A stretch of 60,027 nt of DNA from assembly GCA_047616505.1 (NCBI GenBank), contig JBLHGI010000001.1, positions 1-60,027 on the forward strand, written 5' to 3'. This DNA comes from Planctomycetota bacterium. Its GTDB lineage: Bacteria > Latescibacterota > UBA2968 > UBA8231. The position numbers were made by a program, and so were the translations under genes. Positions 1 to 10,639 of this stretch are shown here, in pieces; position 1 is the first letter of the stretch, and every line of letters starts with the position of its first letter. The notes beneath the pieces are model-generated. The model had not been told where the DNA came from. It searched no databases and worked only from the letters and a program-made list of their open reading frames with translations.

Positions 1-211
1 TTGATAGGTGAAAAGCGGTACAGACGATTTTAGGCCGCTTTAAAGGTAGGTAACTTGTCTTCAAATTGAGTGTATATGATAACAAAAATACTAATTAGAG
101 ACAGGGTTTTTTTGCCCTATATTCGCCTGCGTGCGCGCATGCCCGTTCTATTATTATATAGGGAGACGTTAGACGGGGATAAATGGGTAAGACGAAAGTT
201 TGTTTTAGGCA

Positions 212-257
212 TAAAAAAACGGCGAGGGGCGCGTCCCTAAGAGATGCGCCCCTCGCC
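212..257 (-). terminator. Rho-independent terminator (minus strand)
   Basis: Perfect 12-bp stem GGCGAGGGGCGC (221-232) / GCGCCCCTCGCC (246-257) with a 13-nt loop. The A-run at 213-219 on the + strand gives the U-tract of a minus-strand transcript. It lies just 3' of the SDR relic. Confidence 0.7.
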
Positions 258-346
258 GCAAGGGAGGGAATCATAGGTCGTGACCGGACGACCTACATGG
301 GATATAACGCACGATTGCGACGGGCGGTTCCAGAGAAATTGTACTT

Positions 347-515
347 TTATTTTGTCGGCGTCAGGTCGGCCACCACGCCGCCGTCGACGTTGTCTGCAAG
401 AGCGGTTTTGGTCCATCGGCGTTTTTTCGATGTCTTCGGGACAGATGGCGTTGACGCGCACGCCCTTGCCGGCCAATTCGAGTGCTACCGAACGTGTCAG
501 CCCGTCATGCCATAC
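347..515 (-). pseudogene. Relic of a short-chain dehydrogenase/reductase gene (internally deleted or frameshifted)
   Basis: One minus frame reads GLTRSVALELAGKGVRVNAICPEDIEKTPMD (an SDR core motif) and then Arg-rich nonsense. A second frame reads ADNVDGGVVADLTPTK* (an SDR C-terminal DGG motif), ending at TAA 347-349. There is no room for a Rossmann N-terminus before the gene that starts at 657. Confidence 0.5.
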
Positions 516-656
516 TTGTTGGTGCAACTTAATGGTGCGTGCGGTGCGTGCTCTGCCGATAGATCTGTTTGCCAAGAACAGGCCGTGCGCGTATCGTCTT
601 GTCGTATGTAAATTGGCTTGCGGTTTCGCACTTTTTGCCCTGTTGAAAGAGTATCC

Positions 657-2468
657 ATGCCCCTTTTGATTTTGGTGGCCGTGCTATGCACGGCCACGAT
701 CCACGCGCAGACTGATGTGCCCACTAACACCACTCATGCTTTATCATTGTATGGCGAGCCCAAATACGGCGCTGAATTTGCGCATTTCGACTATGTCAAC
801 CCAGACGCACCCAAGGGGGGTCAGGTCCGCTTGGGGGCGATTGGGACCTATGACAACTTGAACCCCTTCATCCTCAAGGGCGTGGCGGCGGCCGGCTCGC
901 TGTTGCTCTACAATCGCTTGTGCACTAAATCTCAGGACGAACCCTTCACGGAATACGGCCAGCTCGCCCGGCGCATACAGATGCCCGAAGATCGTTCGTG
1001 GGTCGTTTTTGAACTGCGCGAAGAAGCGCGCTGGCACGACGGTCAACCCGTAACGGCCGGCGATGTGGTCTTCAGCTTTGAGACGCTCGTCGAGAAGGGC
1101 ATTCCCTTTTATCGCAGTTTTTACGCCGATGTGGCCAATGTCGAGGCACTTGATGACCGACGGGTGAAGTTCAGTTTTAAAGAGGGCACCAACCGCGAGA
1201 TGCCGCTGATTATTGGCCAGCTACGCGTGTTGCCCCAACACTATTGGCAGGGGCGCGACTTTGCCGCCACGACCTTAGAGCCACCGCTGGGCAGTGGGCC
1301 CTATAAGATCGCCGAGTTCGAAGCGGGTCGTTCGATCACCTATGAGCGCGTCGAAGACTATTGGGCACGTGACTTACCCGTGCACAAGGGACGTCATAAC
1401 TTCGACCGCATCCGCTACGAATACTATCGCGATGGCACGGTATCGAACGAGGCCTTTAAAGCCGGTGAATACGATTTCCGCTCGCTGAGCAACTCAAAGG
1501 AATGGGCCACGGGCTACGAGGACTTTGCGCCTATTGAAGAAGGGCACATGGTCAAAGAGATGGTGCCCCACCAGCTTATTCGCGGCATGAGTGGATTTTG
1601 TTTTAACACGCGCCGTCCGCAGTTTTCCGACCCGCAAGTGCGGCGGGCTTTGGCGTATGCCTACGATTTTGAATGGACCAACCAGAACTTGTATTACGGC
1701 CTCTTTACGCGCAGCAACAGCTATTGGGGCAACTCGGATTTAGGCGCCAGTGAGCTGCCGCAAGGCCGGGAACTGCAGATCCTCGAAGCCTATCGCGGAC
1801 AAGTGCCAGACGAAGTGTTTACAGAAGTCTACCAGCCGCCTACAACCGACGGCGGGGGCAGTATCCGCGCCAACCTGCGCACGGCCAAAAAGCTGTTGCA
1901 AGAAGCAGGTTGGAAAGTCGAGAACGGCGTGCTGACCCAGGCGAAAACGGGCGAGAAGATGAATATCGAGTTCTTGTTGGCTTCGTCGTCATACGAGCGC
2001 GTGCTCGGTCCGATGATCCAGAACTTGGAACGACTCGGTATCGAAGCGAAGATTCGCACGGTGGATGCAGCGCAGTACCAAAACAGAGTGCAGGACTTCG
2101 ATTACGATATCATCGTAGCATCGTGGCGACAGACGCTGAGCCCGGGCAACGAACAGCGCAACTTCTGGTCGAGTGCGGCGGCCGATGCATTGGGCAGCCG
2201 CAACTACGCCGGCATTAGAGACCCCGTAGTCGATGCGTTGATCGAACGACAGATTGCCGCGCCGGGTAGGGCAACGCAGGTGGCGCTGACGAAGGCGCTG
2301 GATCGGGTGTTGCTCTGGGGAAATTATGTAATCCCCCAATCGCATAGTCGCTCGTATCGGCTGGCGTATTGGAACAAGTTTAGTCGGCCGCCGGCACCGC
2401 CGAAAAATGGGTTTGGTTTTCCCGATACTTGGTGGTGGGATAAGGAGAAGGCGGTTGAGCTGCAGTAG
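657..2468 (+). CDS. yejA: ABC transporter substrate-binding protein, family 5 (YejA-like, peptide/microcin C type)
   Basis: Signal peptide MPLLILVAVLCTATIHAQ. About 600 aa of SBP_bac_5-like sequence (PKGGQVRLGAIGTYDNLNPF...). First gene of a yejA-yejA-yejB-yejE-yejF order. I prefer the ATG at 657 to the ORF-track start at 618. Confidence 0.85.
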   Translation: MPLLILVAVLCTATIHAQTDVPTNTTHALSLYGEPKYGAEFAHFDYVNPDAPKGGQVRLGAIGTYDNLNPFILKGVAAAGSLLLYNRLCTKSQDEPFTEYGQLARRIQMPEDRSWVVFELREEARWHDGQPVTAGDVVFSFETLVEKGIPFYRSFYADVANVEALDDRRVKFSFKEGTNREMPLIIGQLRVLPQHYWQGRDFAATTLEPPLGSGPYKIAEFEAGRSITYERVEDYWARDLPVHKGRHNFDRIRYEYYRDGTVSNEAFKAGEYDFRSLSNSKEWATGYEDFAPIEEGHMVKEMVPHQLIRGMSGFCFNTRRPQFSDPQVRRALAYAYDFEWTNQNLYYGLFTRSNSYWGNSDLGASELPQGRELQILEAYRGQVPDEVFTEVYQPPTTDGGGSIRANLRTAKKLLQEAGWKVENGVLTQAKTGEKMNIEFLLASSSYERVLGPMIQNLERLGIEAKIRTVDAAQYQNRVQDFDYDIIVASWRQTLSPGNEQRNFWSSAAADALGSRNYAGIRDPVVDALIERQIAAPGRATQVALTKALDRVLLWGNYVIPQSHSRSYRLAYWNKFSRPPAPPKNGFGFPDTWWWDKEKAVELQ

Positions 2469-2574
2469 GGGGTGAGACCGGGTATCGGCCAGGTTTTTGA
2501 ATAGATGAGTTGGTAGATCCCCGCTGTTTTTACGGGCAAGTCCAAACACTTTTCGACAGAGATTAGGAGTGTGC

Positions 2575-4389
2575 ATGAGGTTATTATCGGCGCTGGCATT
2601 TACCGTCTTTTTTAGCGCCCCCTTGGCGGCGGAAAATTATGTGAGTCACGGTTATTCGATGTATGGCGAACTAAAGTACGGGCCCGATTTTACGCACTTC
2701 GACTACGTCGACCCAGAGGCCCCCAAAGGCGGTCAAATCCGCTTGGGCTCGGTGGGCACTTTTGACAGCCTTAATCCGCATATCCTCAAAGGTATCACGC
2801 CGCCCAGAGTAGCAACGCTGATCTATGATACGCTGCTGGGGCGCGCCGAAGACGAGGTGTCGACAGAGTATGCCTTGTTGGCCGAAAGCATCGAAGTGCC
2901 AGCAGATTTGAGTTGGGCCATCTACGCGCTGAATCCACGGGCGCGCTGGCACGATGGCCAGCCAGTAACGCCGGAGGACGTAGTCTTCAGCTTTGAGCTG
3001 CTGATGAGCAAAGGGCATCCGGGCTTGCGCGGTTATTATGCGTCTGTGACTAAAGCGGAAAAGGTCGGCGAGCACAAAGTAAAGTTTACGTTTGACGGAG
3101 AGACCAACCGCGAACTGCCCGCCATCGTCGGGCAGCTGCCCATTTTGCCTAAACACTACTGGCAAGATCGCAACTTTGAAGAGACGACGCTAGAGCCACC
3201 TTTGGGTAGTGGTCCTTATAAGGTCGTCGCCGTTGAGGCCGGCCGTTTTATTACCTACGAACGCGTCGAAGACTATTGGGGGCGCGAACTGCCCGTCAAC
3301 AAGGGGCGCTATAATTTTGACCGCGTGCATTTCGATTTTTACCGCGACCAGACGGTGGCTATTGAGGCGCTCAAGGCCGGCGAATTTGACTATCGTTCCG
3401 AGAATAGCTCCAAGGATTGGGCGACGGCTTATAGCGTCCCAGCGCTGGAAGAAGGGCGGCTGATAAAAGAACATATTAACCACCGGCGCGCCACCGGTAT
3501 GCAGGCTTTTTGGCTCAATACGCGGCGTCCGCAATTTGCCGACAAAAGAGTGCGTCAGGCGCTGGCCTATGCCTTTGATTTTGAATGGACCAACAAGAAT
3601 CTGTTTTACGATCTATATGCGCGCAGCGAAAGCTATTTCTCCAACTCGGAGCTAGCTTCTAATGGTCTGCCGCAGGGCCGGGAGCTAGCGATACTAGAAA
3701 TGTATCGCGGCCGGGTGCCCAACGAAGTTTTTACCCAGGCGTACCAACCGCCTACAACGGACGGCTCGGGCAATATCCGCGCCAATCTGCGCACGGCCAA
3801 AAAGCTCTTAGACGAGGCGGGATGGAAGGTGGTCGATGGCGCGCTCAAGAACGAGAAGACGGGCGCTGCCATGGACCTAGAGATTCTATTTAATCGCGCC
3901 TCGTGGGAGCGCATCGCCGCACCGATGGTCGCCAATTTACAAAGGCTGGGCATCGAGGCGACGATCCGTATTGTCGATCGCTCGCAGTATCAGAACCGGG
4001 TGCAGGATTTCGACTACGATCTGATTATGGCCGTACAGGGTCAGAGCCATAGCCCGGGCAACGAGCAGAGCAATTATTGGACGAGTGCGTCTGCTGTCGA
4101 AAAGGGCAGTCGCAACTTTGCCGGTGTTAAAGATCCGGTCGTCGACGAGTTGGTCGAGAAGATTATCGCGGCGTCCGATCGCGCCGAACTCGTAGCGACC
4201 ACGCGGGCATTAGATAGGGTGCTGCTGTGGGGTCACTACACTATTCCAAACTGGTACAGCAAGAGCTTCCGCGTAATTAGCTGGGACAAATTTGGCAAAC
4301 CGGCGCAGAGCGCACCCTATACCGGCGACTACTTTGTCCTGCCACTGACCTGGTGGTACGATGCCGAGCGCTTAGAGCAGAAAAACTAA
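2575..4389 (+). CDS. yejA: Second YejA-like family-5 substrate-binding protein (tandem paralog)
   Basis: AGGAG lies 7 nt before the ATG at 2575. Signal peptide MRLLSALAFTVFFSAPLAA. Collinear with the upstream SBP (PKGGQIRLGSVGTFDSLNPH..., YQPPTTDGSGNIRANLRTAKKLL). Confidence 0.85.
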   Translation: MRLLSALAFTVFFSAPLAAENYVSHGYSMYGELKYGPDFTHFDYVDPEAPKGGQIRLGSVGTFDSLNPHILKGITPPRVATLIYDTLLGRAEDEVSTEYALLAESIEVPADLSWAIYALNPRARWHDGQPVTPEDVVFSFELLMSKGHPGLRGYYASVTKAEKVGEHKVKFTFDGETNRELPAIVGQLPILPKHYWQDRNFEETTLEPPLGSGPYKVVAVEAGRFITYERVEDYWGRELPVNKGRYNFDRVHFDFYRDQTVAIEALKAGEFDYRSENSSKDWATAYSVPALEEGRLIKEHINHRRATGMQAFWLNTRRPQFADKRVRQALAYAFDFEWTNKNLFYDLYARSESYFSNSELASNGLPQGRELAILEMYRGRVPNEVFTQAYQPPTTDGSGNIRANLRTAKKLLDEAGWKVVDGALKNEKTGAAMDLEILFNRASWERIAAPMVANLQRLGIEATIRIVDRSQYQNRVQDFDYDLIMAVQGQSHSPGNEQSNYWTSASAVEKGSRNFAGVKDPVVDELVEKIIAASDRAELVATTRALDRVLLWGHYTIPNWYSKSFRVISWDKFGKPAQSAPYTGDYFVLPLTWWYDAERLEQKN

Positions 4390-4395
4390 CGGGTA

Positions 4396-5496
4396 ATGGG
4401 CACTTATTTACTGCGGCGCTTGCTCTTTATGGTGCCGACGATCTTTGGCATTATGGTCGTCAACTTTATTATCGTACAGGCGGCGCCCGGTGGTCCGGTA
4501 GAACAGGCCCTAGCGGCTATCCAAGGTTTTGGCACCGATGCGACGGAGCGCATCAGTGGCTCGGGCATGGGCGGCGAAACGTTAGAGCTCGATAGTAGCG
4601 GCGATAGCCATAGCAAGTATCGCGGTGCCCAGGGGCTAGACCCAGATTTGATCAAAGAGCTAGAGCGCATGTACGGCTTCGACAAACCGGCACCCGAGCG
4701 CTTCTGGCAGATGATCGGCCAGTATCTGCGCTTTGATTTTGGCGAGAGCTTCTATCGCGACCAAAGCGTGGTCGACCTGATCAAAGAGAAGATGCCGGTG
4801 TCGATTTCGTTGGGGCTGTGGACCACGCTGCTGGTCTATTGTATTTCGATTCCCTTAGGCATTGCCAAGGCCGTGCGCGACGGTTCGCGCTTCGATGTTT
4901 GGACCTCTTCCGTCGTCATTGTCGGTTATGCCATCCCCAGTTTTCTCTTTGCCATTTTGCTGATTGTCGTTTTTGCAGGCGGCCATTATTTGGACTGGTT
5001 TCCGCTGCGCGGCTTGACCTCGACGAATTGGGCCGAACTGGGTTTTTTCGCAAAGATCATCGACTACTTTTGGCACTTGGTCCTGCCCGTCAGCGCCATG
5101 GTCATCGGCGGCTTTGCCGGCCTGACTCTGCTGACAAAAAATTCATTTTTAGATGAGATCAACAAACAGTACGTCATTACGGCACGCGCCAAAGGACTAA
5201 CGGAAAATCGCGTGCTCTACGGTCACGTTTTCCGCAACGCCATGCTCATCGTCATTGCCGGTTTCCCCAGTGCGTTTATCGATATTTTTTTCACTGGCGC
5301 CCTGCTGACGGAAATCATTTTTTCGCTTGATGGCCTGGGATTACTTGGCTACGAAGCGGCGATCAATCGCGACTATCCCGTGATGTTTGCCACGCTCTAT
5401 TTCTTTACGCTCTTGGGTCTGCTGATGCAGTTGATCGGCGATATGACCTATACGTTGGTGGACAGACGCATCGACTTTGAAAGCCGCGAAACGTGA
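4396..5496 (+). CDS. yejB: ABC transporter permease YejB
   Basis: The N-terminus [37 protein letters not shown] closely resembles E. coli YejB as I remember it. Multi-TM BPD-type permease. Confidence 0.9.
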   Translation: MGTYLLRRLLFMVPTIFGIMVVNFIIVQAAPGGPVEQALAAIQGFGTDATERISGSGMGGETLELDSSGDSHSKYRGAQGLDPDLIKELERMYGFDKPAPERFWQMIGQYLRFDFGESFYRDQSVVDLIKEKMPVSISLGLWTTLLVYCISIPLGIAKAVRDGSRFDVWTSSVVIVGYAIPSFLFAILLIVVFAGGHYLDWFPLRGLTSTNWAELGFFAKIIDYFWHLVLPVSAMVIGGFAGLTLLTKNSFLDEINKQYVITARAKGLTENRVLYGHVFRNAMLIVIAGFPSAFIDIFFTGALLTEIIFSLDGLGLLGYEAAINRDYPVMFATLYFFTLLGLLMQLIGDMTYTLVDRRIDFESRET

Positions 5497-6602
5497 GCGA
5501 AAACGTGCAGCAAAGTGCCACTGCTATAGCCCCACCGACGCGCCAGCAGCGCCTATGGGGCATATCGCTGTCGAGGCTAAACCAACGCCGATTGGCCAAT
5601 TTTCGTCGCAACCGCCGCGGTTATTGGAGCACCTGGATCTTCGGGCTGCTCTTTCTGTGCAGCTTGCCCGCCGAGTTTATCGCCAACGACCGCCCGTTGC
5701 TAATTCACTACGACGGCGAGCTGTATTTTCCGGTGCTATTTGCCTATCCGGAAACGGTCTTTGGCGGTGACTTCGAGACCGAGGCCGAGTATCGCGATCC
5801 GTTTGTCATCGAGTTGATCGAAGAGAAGGGTTGGATCGTGTGGCCGCCGATTCCCTATCGCTACGACACCGTCAACTACGAGCTCAAAGAGCCGGCGCCC
5901 TCGTCGCCCGACGGCGACAATTGGCTCGGGACTGACGACCAGGCGCGCGACGTGTCTGCCCGTCTGCTCTACGGCTATCGCATCTCTATACTCTTTGGCC
6001 TATTGTTGACGCTCTTTAGCGCTACGGTGGGCATTGCCGCCGGTGCCGTGCAGGGGTATTTCGGCGGTTGGGTGGATCTGCTCTTTCAGCGTTTTATCGA
6101 AATTTGGCAGGGCATGCCCATGCTCTATCTGCTGATCATTTTGGCCAGCGTCGTCGAGCCGAGCTTCTGGTGGCTGCTGGGGTTGCTCTTAATGTTCCGC
6201 TGGATGGGATTAGTGGGGGTGGTGCGTGCCGAGTTTTTGCGCGCGCGCAATCTCGACTTTGTCAAAGCGGCACGCGCTTTGGGCCAGAGCGATCTGCAAA
6301 TTATGTGGCGTCACGTGCTGCCCAATGCCATGGTTTCGACGTTGACCTTTCTGCCCTTTGTGCTCACAGGTTCGGTGGCAGTGCTGACCTCGCTCGATTT
6401 TCTGGGTTTTGGTCTACCACCTGGCTCGCCCTCGCTCGGCGAATTGCTCAACCAGGGCAAGCGCAATTTGCAGGCGCCGTGGCTGGGATTTTCCGCTTTT
6501 TTTACGCTGGCTATTATGCTGTCGCTCTTGGTGTTTATTGGTGAGGCGGTGCGCGACGCGTTTGACCCGCGCAAGACCTTTGCGGGTGGAGGTGGTAGAT
6601 GA
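5493..6602 (+). CDS. yejE: ABC transporter permease YejE
   Basis: GTGA start/stop overlap with yejB. Contains the [11 protein letters not shown] motif typical of YejE. Multi-TM permease. Confidence 0.85.
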   Translation: MSENVQQSATAIAPPTRQQRLWGISLSRLNQRRLANFRRNRRGYWSTWIFGLLFLCSLPAEFIANDRPLLIHYDGELYFPVLFAYPETVFGGDFETEAEYRDPFVIELIEEKGWIVWPPIPYRYDTVNYELKEPAPSSPDGDNWLGTDDQARDVSARLLYGYRISILFGLLLTLFSATVGIAAGAVQGYFGGWVDLLFQRFIEIWQGMPMLYLLIILASVVEPSFWWLLGLLLMFRWMGLVGVVRAEFLRARNLDFVKAARALGQSDLQIMWRHVLPNAMVSTLTFLPFVLTGSVAVLTSLDFLGFGLPPGSPSLGELLNQGKRNLQAPWLGFSAFFTLAIMLSLLVFIGEAVRDAFDPRKTFAGGGGR

Positions 6603-8212
6603 GTTTGTTGGAGATTGAGGGGCTGGGGGTGCGCTTTCATTTGGAAGAGGGCGATGTCGATGCGGTGCACAGCGCTTCGTTGAGCATTGAGAAGGGTGAG
6701 ACGGTGGCGTTGGTGGGCGAGTCGGGCTCGGGTAAGTCGGTGACGGCGCTTTCCATACTGCAGCTCTTGCCCTATCCGCGCGCGAGCCATCCGCGCGGCA
6801 GTGTGCGCTTTGATGGCGAGGAGTTGTTGGGGACGCCGGCGACGCAACTGCGCGCTTTGCGCGGCAATCGCATCGCCATGATTTTTCAAGAGCCGATGAC
6901 TTCGTTAAATCCGCTGCACTCGATCGAAAGGCAGGTTAGCGAGACGCTGATACTACATCGGGGCATGAAACGGGAGCAGGCGCGCGCACGGGCGCTGGAG
7001 CTTTTGCGTTTGGTCGGCCTGCCCAACGTCGAAGAGCGTCTCGACGCATGGCCGCATCAGCTGTCGGGCGGCCAGCGCCAGCGCGTGATGATTGCTATGG
7101 CGTTGGCCAACGAGCCGGATCTGCTCATTGCCGACGAGCCGACGACGGCGCTCGATGTGACGATTCAGGCGCAGATCTTGCAGTTGCTCAAGGGCCTGCA
7201 AGAACAGTTTGGCATGGCGATTTTATTGATTACGCACGACCTGGGCATCGTGCGTCATATGGCCGAGCGCGTCTATGTCATGTCGAAGGGCGAGATCGTC
7301 GAGAGCGCAAAAACTGAGACGCTCTTTACACAGCCACAACACGACTATACGCAGCAGCTATTAGCCGCCGAACCGAGCGGTCAGGCACCGGTCGTCGACG
7401 ACGAGGCACCTATTGTTATTCAAACGGAGAATCTGCGCGTGTGGTTCCCAATCAAGCGCGGTTTGCTGCGCCGCACCGTCGGGCACGTCAAGGCGGTCGA
7501 CGGCATTTCGCTTTCCGTGCGCGCCGGACAAACGGTCGGTGTAGTCGGTGAGTCGGGCTCGGGCAAAACGACGTTGGGCCAAGCGCTGCTGCGTTTGCTC
7601 AGTAGCGAAGGGCCGATCCAATTCGAAGGCCGCGATATCCAGGGCTGGCGTCAGAACGAAGTGCGGCCGCTGCGCCGTCAAATGCAGATCGTCTTTCAAG
7701 ATCCGTTCTCTTCCCTAAGCCCGCGCATGTCGGCTTTTCAGGTAATAGAAGAAGGACTATTAGTACACAAAATTGGCAACGACTACAACGAGCGGCGCGA
7801 ACGAGTGGCGGCCGTGCTGCGCGAGGTGGGATTGGACCCCGCTAGCATGGATCGCTTTCCGCACGAGTTTTCCGGCGGCCAACGCCAGCGTATTGCCATT
7901 GCGCGCGCCATGGTGTTGGAGCCGCGTTTTGTGGTGCTAGACGAGCCGACGAGCGCACTCGACAAAACGGTGCAAGCGCAGATTATCGAGCTACTGCGCG
8001 CCTTACAGGACAAGCATGGATTGGCTTATCTCTTTATCAGCCACGACCTAAAAGTGGTGCGGGCGATGGCCAGTGAAATGATTGTTATGAAAGATGGTCT
8101 AGTCGTCGAACGCGGTCCTTCGCAGCGGATCTTTGACGAGCCGAAAGAGGACTATACGCGTGCCCTACTCGCTGCTGCGCTAGAAGGTCGGGCCGTGGAT
8201 TTGGGGAGCTGA
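6599..8212 (+). CDS. yejF: Fused double ATP-binding-cassette ATPase YejF
   Basis: ATGA overlap with yejE. Two Walker A motifs (GESGSGKS and GESGSGKT) and two LSGGQRQR signatures in 537 aa. Confidence 0.9.
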   Translation: MSLLEIEGLGVRFHLEEGDVDAVHSASLSIEKGETVALVGESGSGKSVTALSILQLLPYPRASHPRGSVRFDGEELLGTPATQLRALRGNRIAMIFQEPMTSLNPLHSIERQVSETLILHRGMKREQARARALELLRLVGLPNVEERLDAWPHQLSGGQRQRVMIAMALANEPDLLIADEPTTALDVTIQAQILQLLKGLQEQFGMAILLITHDLGIVRHMAERVYVMSKGEIVESAKTETLFTQPQHDYTQQLLAAEPSGQAPVVDDEAPIVIQTENLRVWFPIKRGLLRRTVGHVKAVDGISLSVRAGQTVGVVGESGSGKTTLGQALLRLLSSEGPIQFEGRDIQGWRQNEVRPLRRQMQIVFQDPFSSLSPRMSAFQVIEEGLLVHKIGNDYNERRERVAAVLREVGLDPASMDRFPHEFSGGQRQRIAIARAMVLEPRFVVLDEPTSALDKTVQAQIIELLRALQDKHGLAYLFISHDLKVVRAMASEMIVMKDGLVVERGPSQRIFDEPKEDYTRALLAAALEGRAVDLGS

Positions 8213-8216
8213 TAGC

Positions 8217-9032
8217 ATGCCAGAAGGGCCGGAAATAAAGCGTGTCGCCGACGAACTGGCAGCCGTGCTGGTGGGAGAAAAGGTCGTAGAAGTGACGTTC
8301 GCTTTCTCCCATCTCAAGGGCTATGAAAAAGAACTAACGGGCAGGCGAGTGCGACAGGTGAGGCCACGGGGCAAAGCGCTGCTGACGGAATTTAACGGTG
8401 GTCTAACGATCTATTCGCACAACCAGCTCTACGGTCGTTGGATGATTGTCGAGCGCGGCCAGATACCCCAGACGGATCGCCAGCTGCGGTTGGCCCTGCA
8501 CACAAAAGAGCACGCATGCCTACTCTACTCGGCGTCGGATATCGAGGTGTTGGACAAAGAGGGGGTGGCGTGCCATTCTTTTCTCAATCGCCTGGGCCCC
8601 GATGTACTAGAGACGACGGAAAAGAGCATGGGCGACCGCTACGGGGAAACGGCCTTTCAGGGTCGTCAACTAGGCGCGCTATTGCTCGACCAAAATTTTC
8701 TCGCCGGGTTGGGCAACTATCTGCGCAGCGAGATCCTCTTTATGGCCCGCGTGTATCCGCTGGCGCGGTTGAGCTCTCTAGACAAAAAGCAGCGCGCCGC
8801 GCTGGCGCAGCAGACGCTGAGACTAACTCGACAGTCGTACAAGACAGAGGGCGTGACCAACGACCTAAAGAGCTATAAAATACTGCGGCGCGCCGGGCGT
8901 TCGTTTGCACAGAGTCGCTATTGGGTTTTTGATCGCGAGGGCGAGCCGTGTTACGAGTGCGGCACGGCCGTTGTGAAAACCAGCGTTTCCGGCCGCCGGC
9001 TTTATTATTGTCTCCGCTGTCAGGTGGAGTAG
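8217..9032 (+). CDS. nei: Endonuclease VIII (Fpg/Nei family DNA glycosylase)
   Basis: N-terminal MPEGPEI catalytic motif, YSHNQLYG, LLYSASDIEVL, LLDQNFLAGLGNYLRSEILF and a C-terminal zinc finger CYECG...YYCLRCQ. Collinear with E. coli Nei from memory. Confidence 0.9.
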   Translation: MPEGPEIKRVADELAAVLVGEKVVEVTFAFSHLKGYEKELTGRRVRQVRPRGKALLTEFNGGLTIYSHNQLYGRWMIVERGQIPQTDRQLRLALHTKEHACLLYSASDIEVLDKEGVACHSFLNRLGPDVLETTEKSMGDRYGETAFQGRQLGALLLDQNFLAGLGNYLRSEILFMARVYPLARLSSLDKKQRAALAQQTLRLTRQSYKTEGVTNDLKSYKILRRAGRSFAQSRYWVFDREGEPCYECGTAVVKTSVSGRRLYYCLRCQVE

Positions 9033-9064
9033 CTCTTTTTTATACGGTGCTGTTTTGCAGTAGA

Positions 9065-9175
9065 CCCCTTAGCCTTCGCGCTGCTGCACGTGCAAATTCC
9101 AGTTTTGCCAATAGTACTTCACTGGGTCATCCACCGCCCAATCGGCATAGATCTCTTCTCAACTGACCCAACCCA
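9065..9175. repeat. Direct repeat copy R1: orphan duplicate of the last ~35 codons plus stop of the PhyH gene at 10644..11531
   Basis: 9065-9158 is identical to 10640-10733 (94 bp, offset 1575). The match continues to 9175/10750 with mismatches at 9159 and 9163. Confidence 0.95.
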
Positions 9176-9278
9176 AATCACACTTAATAATGCGACGAGC
9201 GGACGTAGAACCAAGGAGTCATTTCACCAGTACATGACAGAATATTTTTTAATTCACCGGGCAGGTCAAGTCCACTCG

Positions 9279-10208
9279 CTAAGTTTGTGAAGAATCTTGG
9301 GATTGGCTACTTCCACTTTCGACTACTTGTGCCTGTTGTTGACTGTAATCTTCTAATAAACTATTAGTTTGTGGTGATTCCTGTTGTTTGACGTCAACTA
9401 GATAATTCAACACTGCGACCGCGGTCGTTGGATTGGTTGCAAGTGGAACTTGATAAACATCGCACAGTCTGCCTAGCGCTTCTATATCGGCATGATGAGG
9501 ATGCGCTGATAGGGGGTCGCGAAAGAAAATGATCCCCAAAATATTGTCAGTTGAAATCATTTGACCGATTGCCTGATCTCCACCTAGGGGCCCAGATTTC
9601 ACTTTTTTGGACAGAACAATTTTTGCTTCTTTGTATAATAATTCTCCCGTAGTGCCCGTAGCCACAAGTCGAAATTTATTGATTTTCTTCACATGGGATT
9701 GAACGAATTGAACGAGCGTTTTTTTCATTTCATTATGTGCAACTAAGGCAAGGTACTTCCTTCGGTCGGCAGTGAAAAAAATCTCATTCGCCGTTACGTT
9801 TCGCTTATAGAGTTGCTCAAATATAAATTTGCATTTAAGCGCGACTTTCGCATTCTGTTGAAGGAGCGATTCATACATTGCAAGGTCAAATACTAAAGCT
9901 TCTGTTGGCTCTACGGCAATGACGTCAGCAATGCGTATGCCCTGATCGGAAAACATCGCTTCGCCAAAAATATCACCCTGAGTTAGTTTTGCTATTAGGT
10001 GTTTATTGTGATGGATATTTACTTCTCCACTGATGATAAACATTAGAGAAGTCGCTGGTTCACCTTCCTTTACAATAGTTGTATTTTCGTGATAACTACG
10101 CAGCGGCATAACATGGATTAATTCGAGAATTTCATAGTCTGTTAGTTGTCCAGCTAACGGAGATTTTTCTTTTAGAATGTCAATTAAGTCTTTGCGCCTG
10201 TTGTCCAT
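9279..10208 (-). CDS. Cyclic-nucleotide-binding domain / methylglyoxal synthase fusion protein
   Basis: N-terminal half has a cNMP phosphate-binding cassette (GDIFGEAMF...IRIADVIAV). C-terminal half is MgsA-like (LALVAHNEMK, LVATGTTGELL, SGPLGGDQAIG, IIFFRDPLSAHPHHADIEALGRLCDVYQVPLATN). AAAGGA RBS. The gene is markedly AT-rich. Confidence 0.8.
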   Translation of the reverse strand: MDNRRKDLIDILKEKSPLAGQLTDYEILELIHVMPLRSYHENTTIVKEGEPATSLMFIISGEVNIHHNKHLIAKLTQGDIFGEAMFSDQGIRIADVIAVEPTEALVFDLAMYESLLQQNAKVALKCKFIFEQLYKRNVTANEIFFTADRRKYLALVAHNEMKKTLVQFVQSHVKKINKFRLVATGTTGELLYKEAKIVLSKKVKSGPLGGDQAIGQMISTDNILGIIFFRDPLSAHPHHADIEALGRLCDVYQVPLATNPTTAVAVLNYLVDVKQQESPQTNSLLEDYSQQQAQVVESGSSQSQDSSQT

Positions 10209-10639
10209 TTTATTCCTTTCACAATCGAGTGAGGTGAATAGTGAATCGCATCTGCTTAAAGGCCTCTAAGCGTAGTGCTATTGCCTGAAACATGTTCGTC
10301 GTTGGATTCTCTTCCAGTAGCCGACCGGCAAGAGGATCATAAATAAATGCACCATCACTTCGGTTTATCTATTTACGAACATGGTATGATAATCATATTT
10401 TCGCTTCTGTAAATGTGTTAGTTGTTGTATCCAAGCTTAGAGAGGAATTGGCAGAGCGTGCGGTTGTCCGTAGTAGACAGTTAGTATTCTGGTGTAGGTG
10501 CAATAAAGGAAATACCCTGTCGGAGAGCATTGAGATTGCGACATCACCGTGCGCTACCGCTCGCCATTCTGTTTATATATTTACTGAGCTTTATAGCTCA
10601 GCAAAACAGCCTAAGGTTGCCGAAAAAACCAGCCTTAGC

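Noticed and set aside
183-669. Plus-strand ORFs 183..611 (142 aa) and 280..669 (129 aa)
   Set aside because: They are Arg/Cys-rich with no RBS and no recognisable motif. They overlap the minus-strand SDR relic and its terminator, and run into the real start of the yejA-like gene. They are most likely frame noise in GC-rich DNA.
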